A stretch of 64,000 nucleotides of DNA from Patescibacteria group bacterium (GCA_041660605.1 JBAZWB010000001.1:265295-329294); one strand, 5' to 3'; shown: positions 1 to 8,836, counted from the stretch's first letter. The notes: generated by a model not told the origin, from the sequence alone. Made by a program: numbers and translations.

Positions 1-1
1 C

Positions 2-214
2 CAATGCCTTGACAGCCGACAGTATAAAAACGAAGTTACTCAGGATTTTAACGATGGTATTTTTGCCGGTGTTGACGGTACGCCGACCTTTTTTATAAAT
101 GGGCATTTGTTTGAAGGTTCGCCAACCTTGGACAATTTTAAATTAGCCATTGACCGTCTCCTCATCATATATAAGGGAGGGACCCAGGGAGGGAATCAGG
201 GAGGGGGAGATTAA
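2..214 (+). CDS. DsbA-like thioredoxin-fold protein, C-terminal fragment (5' end outside window)
   Basis: Frame-2 ORF runs from the window edge to TAA at 212-214. Translation ...GTPTFFINGHLFEGSPTLDNFKLAIDRLLIIYKGG... parallels the C-terminus of the next DsbA-like protein (GGTPATFVNGRLVSGARPYEQFKAVVD). Confidence 0.55.
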   Translation, partial: QCLDSRQYKNEVTQDFNDGIFAGVDGTPTFFINGHLFEGSPTLDNFKLAIDRLLIIYKGGTQGGNQGGGD

Positions 215-280
215 TATTGACACCCTTTTTGTATCTGTTATTATATACTAAAGCGGGGAACGCTTTTTTTAATAATTAAT

Positions 281-1087
281 ATGTTTAAATTTATGCCAAA
301 TCATGAATCAGACCACGAGAAAAAAGAAGTGGTAGTTTTCAAAACTCCGCCAAAGATGGCCTTTATTATGGGCATTTTAGTGGGAGTTACCTTAGTTTCT
401 TTAACTGCATTCGGAATGACTTATTCTTTATTAAAATCGGATGGCAGTTCCAAGGATACCGCGGATTCTAACACCGCCAAGGTAGCCGGTACAGACACAA
501 ATGCCAACACAAATACGGCAGCCGCGCCGACTCAGACTCCGGCAGAATACGCAGCCTCATTGACCAAGCAGGATGTCAAAATTACCGCTGACGATCATAT
601 TGAAGGGGACAAGAACGCCAAGGTCCAGATAATTGAGTACTCGGATTTTCAATGCCCATATTGCGGCCAGGTAACTCCGACCATTACTCAGTTACAACAG
701 GAATACGGAAACAAAATAGCCGTGGTTTTTCGTAATTTTCCGCTGACTAGCCTCCATGCCAATGCCCAAAAAGCCGCTGAAGCGTCAGAGTGCGCCGCTG
801 AACAGGATAAGTTTTGGGAGATGCACGATAAAATGTTTGCCAATCAAACGGCTTTGACAGTTGATAATTTGAAAACTTATGCCAAGGATCTTGGTTTGAA
901 TACGACAAAGTTCAACAGTTGTCTTGATGATGGGAAATACGCCTCCGCTGTTCAGAAATCAATCACTGACGGGACTGCGTTAGGTGTCGGCGGCACGCCC
1001 GCGACTTTCGTGAATGGCCGTTTGGTTTCCGGTGCCAGACCGTATGAACAGTTTAAAGCGGTGGTAGACCTGGCTTTGAAAGATTAA
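281..1087 (+). CDS. DsbA-family thiol:disulfide oxidoreductase, membrane-anchored
   Basis: 268-aa ORF with an N-terminal TM helix, a CPYC active-site motif (FQCPYCGQ) and a thioredoxin-fold C-terminus (GTPATFVNG). Confidence 0.85.
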   Translation: MFKFMPNHESDHEKKEVVVFKTPPKMAFIMGILVGVTLVSLTAFGMTYSLLKSDGSSKDTADSNTAKVAGTDTNANTNTAAAPTQTPAEYAASLTKQDVKITADDHIEGDKNAKVQIIEYSDFQCPYCGQVTPTITQLQQEYGNKIAVVFRNFPLTSLHANAQKAAEASECAAEQDKFWEMHDKMFANQTALTVDNLKTYAKDLGLNTTKFNSCLDDGKYASAVQKSITDGTALGVGGTPATFVNGRLVSGARPYEQFKAVVDLALKD

Positions 1088-1109
1088 TTTAAGTCTAATC
1101 TTAGCACGG

Positions 1110-1910
1110 ATGAATTTTTTTCAAACAATTCATCCTCAACCAGTCGCTTTTAGTCTTTTAGGCAGGGATTTTTACTGGTACGGGCTGATAATATCATTTT
1201 CGATTCTTATAGGTTTTTTAATCGTTTTACAAATAGCTAAAAAAAAGCAGATTGCTGTTATGCATATCTATAATCTGCTTTTTTTGTTTATAGTCTGCGG
1301 CTTGATTGGCGGCCGGATAGCTTATATTCTGACAGAGTGGCAGGTGTTTAGCGGAAATTGGTCCGATGCTTTTAAAGTATGGGACGGGGGCATATCTCTA
1401 TATGGCGTGATAATCGCAAACCTGGCAGCGCTGGCCGTTTATTCCAAAATAAAAAAAATATCTGGCTGGGTAATTTCTGATTTAATAGTATTGGTTATGC
1501 CTCTGATGCAGGCAATCGGCCGGTGGGGGAATTATTTTAATCAGGAGCTGTTTGGCAAACCGACTAGTCTGCCCTGGAGCATTTTCATTGAAACAGCTAG
1601 GCGGCCGTTTGCTTACTTAGAAGATCAGTATTTCCATCCGTTATTTTTGTATGAATCACTGCTGATGCTGGGTGTTTTCATCGTCTTTTTAGTTCTTTGG
1701 CGTTCAGGTAAATTAAAAACAGGGGATTTGACCCTGCTGTATTTTTTTCTGTATTCGCTGGTGAGATTTTTTTTAGACTTCCTAAGGATTGAGCCGCCCA
1801 TGCTTGGCTGGCTTAGTATAGCCCAATGGATAAGCGTTTTATTTATTGCGGCGGCGGGTTTACTGTGGTATTTTCGGGGCAGGCTAGCCGGGGTAAAGAG
1901 CCAGGATTAA
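1110..1910 (+). CDS. lgt: prolipoprotein diacylglyceryl transferase
   Basis: 266-aa polytopic membrane protein carrying the Lgt signature GRWGNYFNQELFG and a typical N-terminus, placed next to the DsbA genes. Confidence 0.85.
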   Translation: MNFFQTIHPQPVAFSLLGRDFYWYGLIISFSILIGFLIVLQIAKKKQIAVMHIYNLLFLFIVCGLIGGRIAYILTEWQVFSGNWSDAFKVWDGGISLYGVIIANLAALAVYSKIKKISGWVISDLIVLVMPLMQAIGRWGNYFNQELFGKPTSLPWSIFIETARRPFAYLEDQYFHPLFLYESLLMLGVFIVFLVLWRSGKLKTGDLTLLYFFLYSLVRFFLDFLRIEPPMLGWLSIAQWISVLFIAAAGLLWYFRGRLAGVKSQD

Positions 1911-2453
1911 AAAAATTCCCAGAAATAACGCCTGAATAACTACACCGATGCCATTTGGCGTTATTGTTTTATTAAATACATAATCAATATAGTCGTGCAT
2001 TCTTTTATGATAAGCGAGGATTTTATCCAATCTGGTCATGGTAAAGACTTGATGAAAGACTGTAATTTTATATAAGTATCTTTCATTTAAATCCTGGGTT
2101 ACGCGTAAGACATCAGGCAGCAATCCGCCGATAATGGCGGCAACCAGGATTTTTAGTGAAGGCAGCGATATTTGATGGTAGAATGTTATGAAAAAAATGG
2201 CAATTAAAGCTATATCGGACAAAAAAATTATTACGGATTTTTTGAAATAGTTGCCGCTCTTAATCCATCGTTCAACCAGTCTGTCGCCATGAGGGATTAG
2301 ATCTAGTAGGTAATGTGAAAATAATGAAATAAAAAAAGCAATCCAGGCGTTTGGTGAATACTGGCTGATAACGACGCTTGCTAAAACGTGGGTGGTAGCA
2401 AACATGCTTAGATAATTAGATAATTTATATTTTAAATCAATATATAATATCAA
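1884..2453 (-). CDS. membrane-bound metal-dependent hydrolase-like protein (YdjM/DUF457-like)
   Basis: 189-aa ORF with several TM segments and His/Asp-rich motifs (HYLLDLIPHGD). The family assignment is from memory of YdjM-like proteins. Confidence 0.45.
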   Translation of the reverse strand: MILYIDLKYKLSNYLSMFATTHVLASVVISQYSPNAWIAFFISLFSHYLLDLIPHGDRLVERWIKSGNYFKKSVIIFLSDIALIAIFFITFYHQISLPSLKILVAAIIGGLLPDVLRVTQDLNERYLYKITVFHQVFTMTRLDKILAYHKRMHDYIDYVFNKTITPNGIGVVIQALFLGIFLILALYPG

Positions 2454-2480
2454 TAATGGGCAGCTCTGTCATTAAGATAG

Positions 2481-2729
2481 CTATAATGTCACCGCGCTAC
2501 CCGCAGAATTTACTCGTGCTTTAACGATATTTATTCCGAAGAATGTTTTTCCGACAACTATGTATTGGTCTAGATTTCCTGATTCTACCTGACGCTCCGT
2601 AATTTGGTATCTAAAGACAAATATTTTTTGGAAAGGATTGTCAAAATATGTTCGTGTTGCCTGTAAAATGACGGGTACCATACTGTCTGGTATTTTATTG
2701 TCATCGGAGATGGTCTTTACTGATGGCAT
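2481..2729 (-). CDS. hypothetical small protein, possibly N-terminally extended with a TM anchor
   Basis: 82-aa ORF. The in-frame upstream stretch encodes a hydrophobic segment (KKIFIIVILLGILIAVFGPLII) but has no canonical start codon, so the true start is uncertain. Confidence 0.3.
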   Translation of the reverse strand: MPSVKTISDDNKIPDSMVPVILQATRTYFDNPFQKIFVFRYQITERQVESGNLDQYIVVGKTFFGINIVKARVNSAGSAVTL

Positions 2730-2844
2730 AATAATAAGAGGCCCGAATACTGCAATGAGGATCCCGAGTAAGATAACTATAATTATGAAGATTTTTTTAG
2801 GGGAACGCGCATCTAGTTTGATAAATGTAGCCCAGGGGAATGCT

Positions 2845-3196
2845 TAATAGCAGGGGTGGGATTTCCGCGTCTCCTTCGCTTTCGCTCGGGCTCCTTGTCC
2901 TGAGCAGCGCCGAATGCTCCTGATGGTCGCATTCGTCGGCGTTCGTCTGCCCCTTCGGCTCCGCTCAGGGTTGCCTCACTTCTGCTCGTTCGAATCCCAC
3001 GAGCTTAAAAATATCGTTATGCTTAATAGCAGGGGTGGGATTTCCGCGTCTCCTTCGCTTTCGCTCGGGCTCCTTGTCCTGAGCAGCGCCGAATGCTCCT
3101 GATGGTCGCATTCGTCGACGTTCGTCTGCGCGCTTCGCGCTTGCCTCACTTCTGCTCGTTCGAATCCCACGAGCTTAAAAGTATCGTTATACTTAA
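2845..3196. repeat. two tandem ~187-bp direct repeats; each is a degenerate copy of the tRNA-Met 3' half with a ~111-nt GC-rich palindromic insertion in the T-loop
   Basis: Each unit begins with aatagcaggggtgggatt, identical to the 3' terminal 18 nt of the adjacent tRNA-Met in minus orientation. Each also contains GTGGGATTCGAA (T-stem 5' half plus T-loop) about 130 nt away. Copies differ at a few positions and carry internal hairpins (cgaatgc...gcattcg, gcgcgcttcgcgc). Confidence 0.8.
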
Positions 3197-3270
3197 TAGC
3201 AGGGGTGGGATTCGAACCCACGACCTCGGGCTTATGAGTCCCACGCTCTAACCAACTGAGCTACCCTGCC
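3197..3270 (-). tRNA. tRNA-Met (anticodon CAT; elongator type or tRNA-Ile2 lysidine type)
   Basis: Minus-strand sequence is GGCAGGGTAGCTCAGTTGGTTAGAGCGTGGGACTCATAAGCCCGAGGTCGTGGGTTCGAATCCCACCCCTGCTA. The D-arm is identical to E. coli elongator tRNA-Met. The anticodon loop CTCATAA has U33 and A37. There is a G1-U72 wobble, one A31-G39 mismatch, and no encoded CCA. Confidence 0.8.
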
Positions 3271-3423
3271 GCGTCAGAATCGCACTCCGCCTTCCGTTTC
3301 CAAAATTTTCTGAAAACTGCAGGCTGCGTGCGCTTCTTCCTTTCCTCGTCCGCCCATGGGCGGACTCGGTTTTTAATTTTTTAAATTGTCTGCCTAAATC
3401 AAACTATCGCAGTCAGCAAGGAT

Positions 3424-3498
3424 TGGTTGCGGGGGCGGGAGTTGCACCCGCGATCTCCGGATTATGAGCCCGGCGAGATTCTACTTCTCTACCCCGCG
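3424..3498 (-). tRNA. initiator tRNA-fMet (anticodon CAT)
   Basis: Minus-strand sequence is CGCGGGGTAGAGAAGTAGAATCTCGCCGGGCTCATAATCCGGAGATCGCGGGTGCAACTCCCGCCCCCGCAACCA. The unpaired C1xA72, the three consecutive G-C pairs in the anticodon stem, the CAU anticodon and the encoded CCA match bacterial initiator tRNA. The ends match E. coli tRNA-fMet (CGCGGGG...CCCCGCAACCA). Confidence 0.85.
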
Positions 3499-3698
3499 TC
3501 GTCAGAATCGCAGTACGCCATCCGCTTACAAAAGATTTTGTAAGCTGCTGGCTCCCTGCGATTCTTCCTCTCCTCGCAGAAAGCTTCGCTTTCTGCTCGG
3601 TTGTAAGAAATAATTCAGGACTTACTTAGGCGGTAATTTATTATGCGTGTTGGGAATTATAAGGTATTTAATGTATTTACGCAAGCTGGCAAGTTGGG

Positions 3699-3773
3699 TG
3701 GTGCCGCCGGTCGGAGTCGAACCGACATGGGAGTAATCCCACACGATTTTGAGTCCCCGCCATTCGGCGGGGC
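3699..3773 (-). pseudogene. tRNA-like element (75 nt, CCA-encoded) with intact T-arm and 3' acceptor strand but no complementary 5' acceptor strand; chimeric with tRNA-Leu(CAA) segments
   Basis: Minus-strand sequence is GCCCCGCCGAATGGCGGGGACTCAAAATCGTGTGGGATTACTCCCATGTCGGTTCGACTCCGACCGGCGGCACCA. The T-arm GTCGG/TTCGACT/CCGAC and CGGCGGC-A-CCA are canonical. The Leu(CAA) anticodon loop GACTCAAAATCG and a degenerate copy of the Leu T-arm are present, but no GCCGCCG 5' strand could be found. Confidence 0.4.
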
Positions 3774-3793
3774 AAGCGTACATGTCAATTTGT

Positions 3794-3880
3794 TGGTGCC
3801 GAAGGTGGGAGTTGAACCCACACGGGCTTGCGCCCATGCGATTTTGAGTCGCACGCGTATGCCAGTTCCGCCACTTCGGC
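3794..3880 (-). tRNA. tRNA-Leu (anticodon CAA), type II with long variable arm
   Basis: Minus-strand sequence is GCCGAAGTGGCGGAACTGGCATACGCGTGCGACTCAAAATCGCATGGGCGCAAGCCCGTGTGGGTTCAACTCCCACCTTCGGCACCA. The 5' end matches E. coli tRNA-Leu (GCCGAAGUGGCG...). Anticodon stem is TGCGA/TCGCA, loop CTCAAAA, variable hairpin GGGCGCAAGCCC, and CCA is encoded. Confidence 0.9.
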
Positions 3881-4020
3881 ATGTTCTATAAAATTAACTG
3901 TAAAATTGATTACCTACGTAATTAAGTAAATCAAAACAGTTTTTAATATATACAATGATTCTAGGTAAAAACGCTGTTTTTGTCAATGATTATTTGCTAT
4001 AATACTATTATATATATTAT

Positions 4021-4794
4021 ATGCCAAAGGTCATTTCCATTGTAAATCAGAAAGGAGGAGTGGGCAAAACTACAACGGCCATAAATTTGGCCGCTTTCTT
4101 GGCGCATCATGGCAAGTTTGTGCTTTTAATTGATCTGGACCCCCAGGGAAACGCTTCTTCCGGCCTTGGCATTGATTATAAAACCATTGAAAAAGGCATA
4201 TACCATCCCTTAATAGCCGGCCACCCATTAAAGGATATCATCACTCCGACCAGCGTAGATGGATTAAGAGTGGCGCCGGCGACGATCGATCTGGCAGGGG
4301 CGCGGGTGGAGCTGGTGGACATGGAAAAAAGGGAGTTCCGCCTGCATGACGCGGTTTTGGAAGTGCGTAATGATTATGATTATATAATCATTGATTGTCC
4401 GCCCTCCCTGTGCCTCTTGACGGTTAACGGGCTGGTAGCCGCTGATGAATTAATGATTCCCGTACAAACCGAATATTTCGCCCTTGAAGGATTGAGCCAG
4501 CTTCTCGACACCATAAAGCTCGTACGGGAAAATTTAAAACCAGAATTGAAAATAATGGGCGCGGTCATGACCATGTATGATGATCGGAATAAATTATCGC
4601 AGGATGTTTTCCATGAATTGTATAAATACTTCCCGGATAATATTTTTCGCACCGTTGTGCCCCGCAATGTCAGGCTGGCGGAAGCCCCCAGCTTCGGCCA
4701 GAGCATCTTGCATTACGACAAGCGATCTCCGGGCGGTAAAGCTTATAAAAGATTAGCGCAGGAAGTCATTGATCTGACTGAAGCGTTGCAATAA
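4021..4794 (+). CDS. parA: chromosome partitioning ATPase ParA/Soj
   Basis: 257-aa ORF with the deviant Walker A motif KGGVGKTTTAINLAAFLA and overall ParA/Soj architecture. It sits upstream of parB. Confidence 0.9.
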   Translation: MPKVISIVNQKGGVGKTTTAINLAAFLAHHGKFVLLIDLDPQGNASSGLGIDYKTIEKGIYHPLIAGHPLKDIITPTSVDGLRVAPATIDLAGARVELVDMEKREFRLHDAVLEVRNDYDYIIIDCPPSLCLLTVNGLVAADELMIPVQTEYFALEGLSQLLDTIKLVRENLKPELKIMGAVMTMYDDRNKLSQDVFHELYKYFPDNIFRTVVPRNVRLAEAPSFGQSILHYDKRSPGGKAYKRLAQEVIDLTEALQ

Positions 4795-4811
4795 ATTTTA
4801 ATTATAAAAAT

Positions 4812-5675
4812 ATGTCAAACAGTACTTTAGGCCGGGGACTGGGATCGCTAATTCCTCACCGCAAAATTGCCGAGGAAATAAACAGCACCATCATGCCGGT
4901 CCTTGATGATCAGATCAGGGAAATCGAAGTCAGATTGCTGAAACCGAACCCGCATCAGCCGCGCGTGGACTTTGACCGGGCCAACCTGGAGGATTTGATT
5001 AATTCCATAAAAGTACACGGGATCATTTCGCCTTTGATTGTCATAAAAGGGCAAGGTGAATATCAGATTATTGCCGGAGAACGACGCTGGCGCGCCGCAA
5101 AAATTCTGGGTTTAAAAAAAGTACCGGTAGTCGCCCGCAGCGCCACGGAGCAGGAGAAGCTGGAGCTAGCGCTGGTGGAAAATGTACAGCGGCAGAATTT
5201 GAATCCCATTGAAAAAGCCTATGGCTATCAGCGCCTGATTGATGAGTTTAATCTGACTCAGGAGGAAGTGGGCAAAAAAGTCGGACAAAGCCGCGCGGCG
5301 GTCAGCAACGCCCTGAGATTGCTGACGCTAGAGCCGGAAATACAGAAAGCCCTGATAGAGGGCATAATTACTGAAGGCCACGCCAAGGTATTATTAGGCA
5401 TTAAAAACGAAATTGAACGCCTGAAGGTTTTCAAAAATATTATCAGCCATAAATTAAGCGTCCGTTCGGCTGAAGATAAGGCGCGCACTGTGACTGTCAG
5501 AAAACATATTCGGCAGTCGTCCAAAGATCCAAATATTACCGCGCTGGAGGAATCTATACGCGAAAAGCTGGGGACTAAAGTGGAAATTCAGAAAAATGGA
5601 GAACAAGGACTGGTTAAAATCCATTTTTATTCGACAGAAGAATTGCGGGAGATTATTAATAAAATTACCGGATAA
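4812..5675 (+). CDS. parB: chromosome partitioning protein ParB/Spo0J
   Basis: 287-aa ORF with ParB box motifs (GLGSLIP, IIAGERRWRAAKILGL) and an HTH region, immediately downstream of parA. Confidence 0.9.
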   Translation: MSNSTLGRGLGSLIPHRKIAEEINSTIMPVLDDQIREIEVRLLKPNPHQPRVDFDRANLEDLINSIKVHGIISPLIVIKGQGEYQIIAGERRWRAAKILGLKKVPVVARSATEQEKLELALVENVQRQNLNPIEKAYGYQRLIDEFNLTQEEVGKKVGQSRAAVSNALRLLTLEPEIQKALIEGIITEGHAKVLLGIKNEIERLKVFKNIISHKLSVRSAEDKARTVTVRKHIRQSSKDPNITALEESIREKLGTKVEIQKNGEQGLVKIHFYSTEELREIINKITG

Positions 5676-5678
5676 CCC

Positions 5679-7901
5679 ATGAATATTATCAATACTTTGA
5701 AAAGTAAATTATTTTTTCATAAGCAGGAAGATAAATGGGATGCCGGTTTGCGCTGGATACTCCTGTTTCTAGTTTTTTTACTGCCGATTTTTTTCTTCAG
5801 CCCTAATACGCATCCCTTAGAATTCGATAAGGTCCTTTTGTTCTGTATAATTATTTTTCTGATTACCGCCGTGAGTTATGGAGTATCCTTATACAAAGGC
5901 ACATATGGGTGGATACGTACGCCGTTTGATTATCTGTTTATAATTTTTTTCGGATTTTACCTTTCATCATTTATTTTTTCCAAAGATCACTACCAGAGTT
6001 TAGTGGGAGTCAGCGGTTACTATAGCACCGGGCTGATGGCCGTTTTGGCTTTAATCTTATTTATTTATCTGCTGTTCCGCCTGATAAAGAAAAAGCAGCA
6101 TATTTTTTTATTTTTATACGCTTTTATCGCTTCGGCTATTCTGGTCGTTATTTACAACCTTTTCAAGGTTTTTGGAGTTGATATTCTACCCTGGGCTGTC
6201 ACTAAAACTCCGGGCTTTGGCCTGGCTTCTAGCTCAGCGGTATCACTGGCGATTTATGCTGGTCTGATTATGCTGGTCTGTTCTGGTTTAATGCTGATAT
6301 TAAAAAAGTTCTGGCAAAAGTCATTGTTTGGGATTATCGGGCTGCTCTCGTTATTTTTACTGTTTTTAATCAACAAGCAGATCTCTTTATTTGCCGTGGC
6401 ACTGGGATTTTTCTGCCTGTTAATACTGGCGGCTTTTAATTCCAGAAAAATTTCACCATGGTGGGTCATTACCCCGACCATTCTACTGACGCTCCTAATC
6501 GTTTTTATCTTTATTGATGTTTCGTCAATTTTTTCTTTGCAGGTTAATGACAGTATTTTTCTCGACCAAAAAACCTCCGCTAATATTGCCTGGCAGACAG
6601 TCAGTCATGAAATTTTATGGGGGGTTGGCCCGCAAAATTATAATTACGCTTTCAATGCCTATCGGCCGGTTTCCTTCAACAATTCCGATTTGTGGAATCT
6701 GAAATTCATAAAAGGAGCGGATGAGTGGTGGGGGATTTTAACAACTTTCGGTTTGGGCGGTTTCCTGGCGCTACTGGCAATTTGCTTAAAATATCTGTTA
6801 AGCGGTATAAAATCTGTTAGTAAATTAAGCCACTCCCTTGAGGACTGGAGTTTGGGGATAGTTTTATTATGCGGATGGCTGGTAACTTTTATCGCCAGCT
6901 GGCTTTTGCCTTTTGATTTTATTCTCTGGCTGGCCTGGGCGTTATTCCTGGGGCTAGGTATGCGCTATTTGATTCTCCAAGACAATACGGCGCAGATAAT
7001 TAAAATCAACAAAACCAGAATTTCGAATCTGCTTTTTCATATTGGGTTTGTGGTAATATCCACCGGAGCAATCCTGGTGGCATTTTTTGGCGTTAAAATA
7101 TGGCTGGCTGATTATCATTATGTCCTGGCTTTGCGAGGCATTGACGCAAAAAATGACATGACTAAAATTCAGCAGCATCTGGATAAGGCGATCAAAAATA
7201 ATCCGTATGAAGTGCAATATTACATAACGCAGGCGCAGGGGGACGTTACTCAGGCCCAGTTGGAGTCCGTTAAGGATACCCCCAAAACAGACGTTGTGCA
7301 AAAATATACACAACAGGCCATTGATTCGCTGAAAAAAGCCAAGGAAGTGAGACCGAGATTGGCTACCTTGTATGAGCAGGAAGCGAATTTATACGACAGC
7401 ATGCGCAATCTCATTTCCAATGCGGATGAGCTGTCTATCGGTGCCTACGTAAAATTATCCGAGCTGGAGCCTAATAATCCCTTGGTATTTTTAAACCTTG
7501 GGCGCTCCCGCATGCTCTGGGGGCAGGTCTTGCAGAGATCAGACGATACGGCCGTTAAAAATGAAGGTATGGGGTTATTGCAGCAATCCTTGGTGGATTT
7601 TTCCAAAGCAAAGGCTTTAAAAGATAATTTTATCATTGCCGATCTGAATATCGGGCTGGCGCAGGAAGCGGTGGGTAATGCGGATGAAGCCTTGAAAATA
7701 TACGAAAATATAATTGTCCAGGCGCCTGACTACCCGGATGCCTACTGGTATGCCGTCTTAATTTATGAAAATAAAGAGGATAAAGATGAGGCCGTGTCTT
7801 TACTGCAGAAACTGGTAAAAATTGCGCCAAGCAACCCGGCATTCAAGCAGAAATTGCAGGATTTAACGTCCGCTGAACAGCAGTCAGACACTGCAAATTA
7901 A
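5679..7901 (+). CDS. polytopic membrane protein with O-antigen ligase (Wzy_C)-like domain and C-terminal TPR repeats
   Basis: 740-aa ORF with more than 10 TM helices. A Wzy_C-like periplasmic loop (KFIKGADEWWGILTTFGLGGF) is followed by about 270 aa of TPR-like helical repeats. Confidence 0.7.
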   Translation: MNIINTLKSKLFFHKQEDKWDAGLRWILLFLVFLLPIFFFSPNTHPLEFDKVLLFCIIIFLITAVSYGVSLYKGTYGWIRTPFDYLFIIFFGFYLSSFIFSKDHYQSLVGVSGYYSTGLMAVLALILFIYLLFRLIKKKQHIFLFLYAFIASAILVVIYNLFKVFGVDILPWAVTKTPGFGLASSSAVSLAIYAGLIMLVCSGLMLILKKFWQKSLFGIIGLLSLFLLFLINKQISLFAVALGFFCLLILAAFNSRKISPWWVITPTILLTLLIVFIFIDVSSIFSLQVNDSIFLDQKTSANIAWQTVSHEILWGVGPQNYNYAFNAYRPVSFNNSDLWNLKFIKGADEWWGILTTFGLGGFLALLAICLKYLLSGIKSVSKLSHSLEDWSLGIVLLCGWLVTFIASWLLPFDFILWLAWALFLGLGMRYLILQDNTAQIIKINKTRISNLLFHIGFVVISTGAILVAFFGVKIWLADYHYVLALRGIDAKNDMTKIQQHLDKAIKNNPYEVQYYITQAQGDVTQAQLESVKDTPKTDVVQKYTQQAIDSLKKAKEVRPRLATLYEQEANLYDSMRNLISNADELSIGAYVKLSELEPNNPLVFLNLGRSRMLWGQVLQRSDDTAVKNEGMGLLQQSLVDFSKAKALKDNFIIADLNIGLAQEAVGNADEALKIYENIIVQAPDYPDAYWYAVLIYENKEDKDEAVSLLQKLVKIAPSNPAFKQKLQDLTSAEQQSDTAN

Positions 7902-7923
7902 TTATTCTAAAGTACCATGAGCC

Positions 7924-7952
7924 TTGACATTTATTAGCAGATCGATTAATAT
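7924..7952 (+). promoter_or_regulatory. sigma70-like promoter TTGACA-N17-TAATAT
   Basis: -35 TTGACA at 7924-7929, a 17-nt spacer and -10 TAATAT at 7947-7952. It lies about 160 nt upstream of the secreted-protein gene. Confidence 0.45.
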
Positions 7953-8161
7953 ATTTCATTAAGTTTAATTCGTTCATTGACTATAAATTCGATACTAAAA
8001 ATAGAAACTCAATATTCTACTGCCTTAATTGGGCACCGCTTCTCACGCCGGCAGAAAGGAGGGAATTTTTAAAGACAGGAAAACCGGCCTGTCTGGGTGG
8101 TAGGTAGAATATGAGTGAGTTAACACAGGTACCCATGAACTCATGTCCATCGGAGGAAACG

Positions 8162-8797
8162 ATGACAAGAAAGCTTTGTGCTTTAATTCTTGCCGTTACG
8201 CTCCTGTTCATGGTATCCGTCGTTTGGGCAAATCCAATTCCGCCGGCGATATCTGCTGAGAGTTGGGATGGTTGGTCTAACAAAGATGTTTCACCGCCGT
8301 CAAGCGTTTTGCCTGTTTCGTCGAATGCCATGCAAGAGTTGAGTCCTATGGTGTTGACAGCGCTGCAATACGTAGCGCCGATGAACGCCGATCGACTCGT
8401 CGTCAACACAGCTAATCCGGCAGTGATTGACAATTACCTGGCGTCTTGTGCAGTTTCGTCGAATAAACTGACAGCCGCCTACCTGACCGCATCCAGCCCG
8501 CCAATATCCAATACTGAAAGTTTGGCGCGTTGCGATGATTACCTGAACATTTCACCCCAAAACCGACAACAACTTAACAGCAGTATCGAATTGGCTGAGC
8601 GTACGACGACGGCGAGCGCCAATGAACCGCGGGAGTGCGTGGCCTATCCGGCCCATATTGTCGGTTTCGAGCAGAAGAGTATTGAGCACGGGCCGCAATT
8701 TCCTGTGCTCAGTGTGTGGATCGAAGACGGACCGGTAATCCCCGTCTTTGCGAAACTCGCACCGTTCGCAGGAACTACCGGACTGATTCTAGTCTAG
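8162..8797 (+). CDS. secreted hypothetical protein (signal peptide, 4 Cys), GC-richer than its surroundings
   Basis: The track ORF is 8111..8797. The likely true start is ATG 8162, preceded by GGAGGA at 8152-8157, giving MTRKLCALILAVTLLFMVSVVWA as a signal peptide. The opposite-strand ORF 8017..8433 is judged spurious. Confidence 0.5.
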   Translation: MTRKLCALILAVTLLFMVSVVWANPIPPAISAESWDGWSNKDVSPPSSVLPVSSNAMQELSPMVLTALQYVAPMNADRLVVNTANPAVIDNYLASCAVSSNKLTAAYLTASSPPISNTESLARCDDYLNISPQNRQQLNSSIELAERTTTASANEPRECVAYPAHIVGFEQKSIEHGPQFPVLSVWIEDGPVIPVFAKLAPFAGTTGLILV

Positions 8798-8836
8798 ACC
8801 GAGCGGCTTAGCTAGTAAGAAGTCTGAAATACAAAC

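Noticed and set aside
2845-3196. Possible CRISPR array (direct repeats)
   Set aside because: There are only two units. The units are 187 bp long, not 24-50 bp. They abut each other with no spacers and are derived from the tRNA 3' end. This is not CRISPR architecture.
2914-3221. Track ORFs 2914..3102 (+) and 2976..3221 (-) inside the 187-bp tandem repeats
   Set aside because: They lie within repeated, tRNA-derived, palindrome-rich non-coding sequence, and their amino-acid composition is driven by the repeats. They have no start context, so they are not credible genes.
3349-3375. Palindrome gtccgcccatgggcggac plus T run between the two Met tRNAs as a terminator
   Set aside because: Its orientation, plus-strand hairpin then T run, does not match the minus-strand tRNA transcription. 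No plus-strand gene precedes it, so its function is unclear.
3622-3891. Track ORFs 3622..3882 (-), 3643..3891 (+) and 3657..3854 (-)
   Set aside because: They overlap the tRNA-Leu(CAA) gene and the tRNA-like element on both strands. They are spurious reading frames across structured RNA genes.
8017-8433. Minus-strand ORF 8017..8433 (138 aa) overlapping the secreted-protein gene
   Set aside because: It is antisense to a better-supported plus-strand ORF that has its own promoter, SD, signal peptide and terminator. It has no start context of its own.
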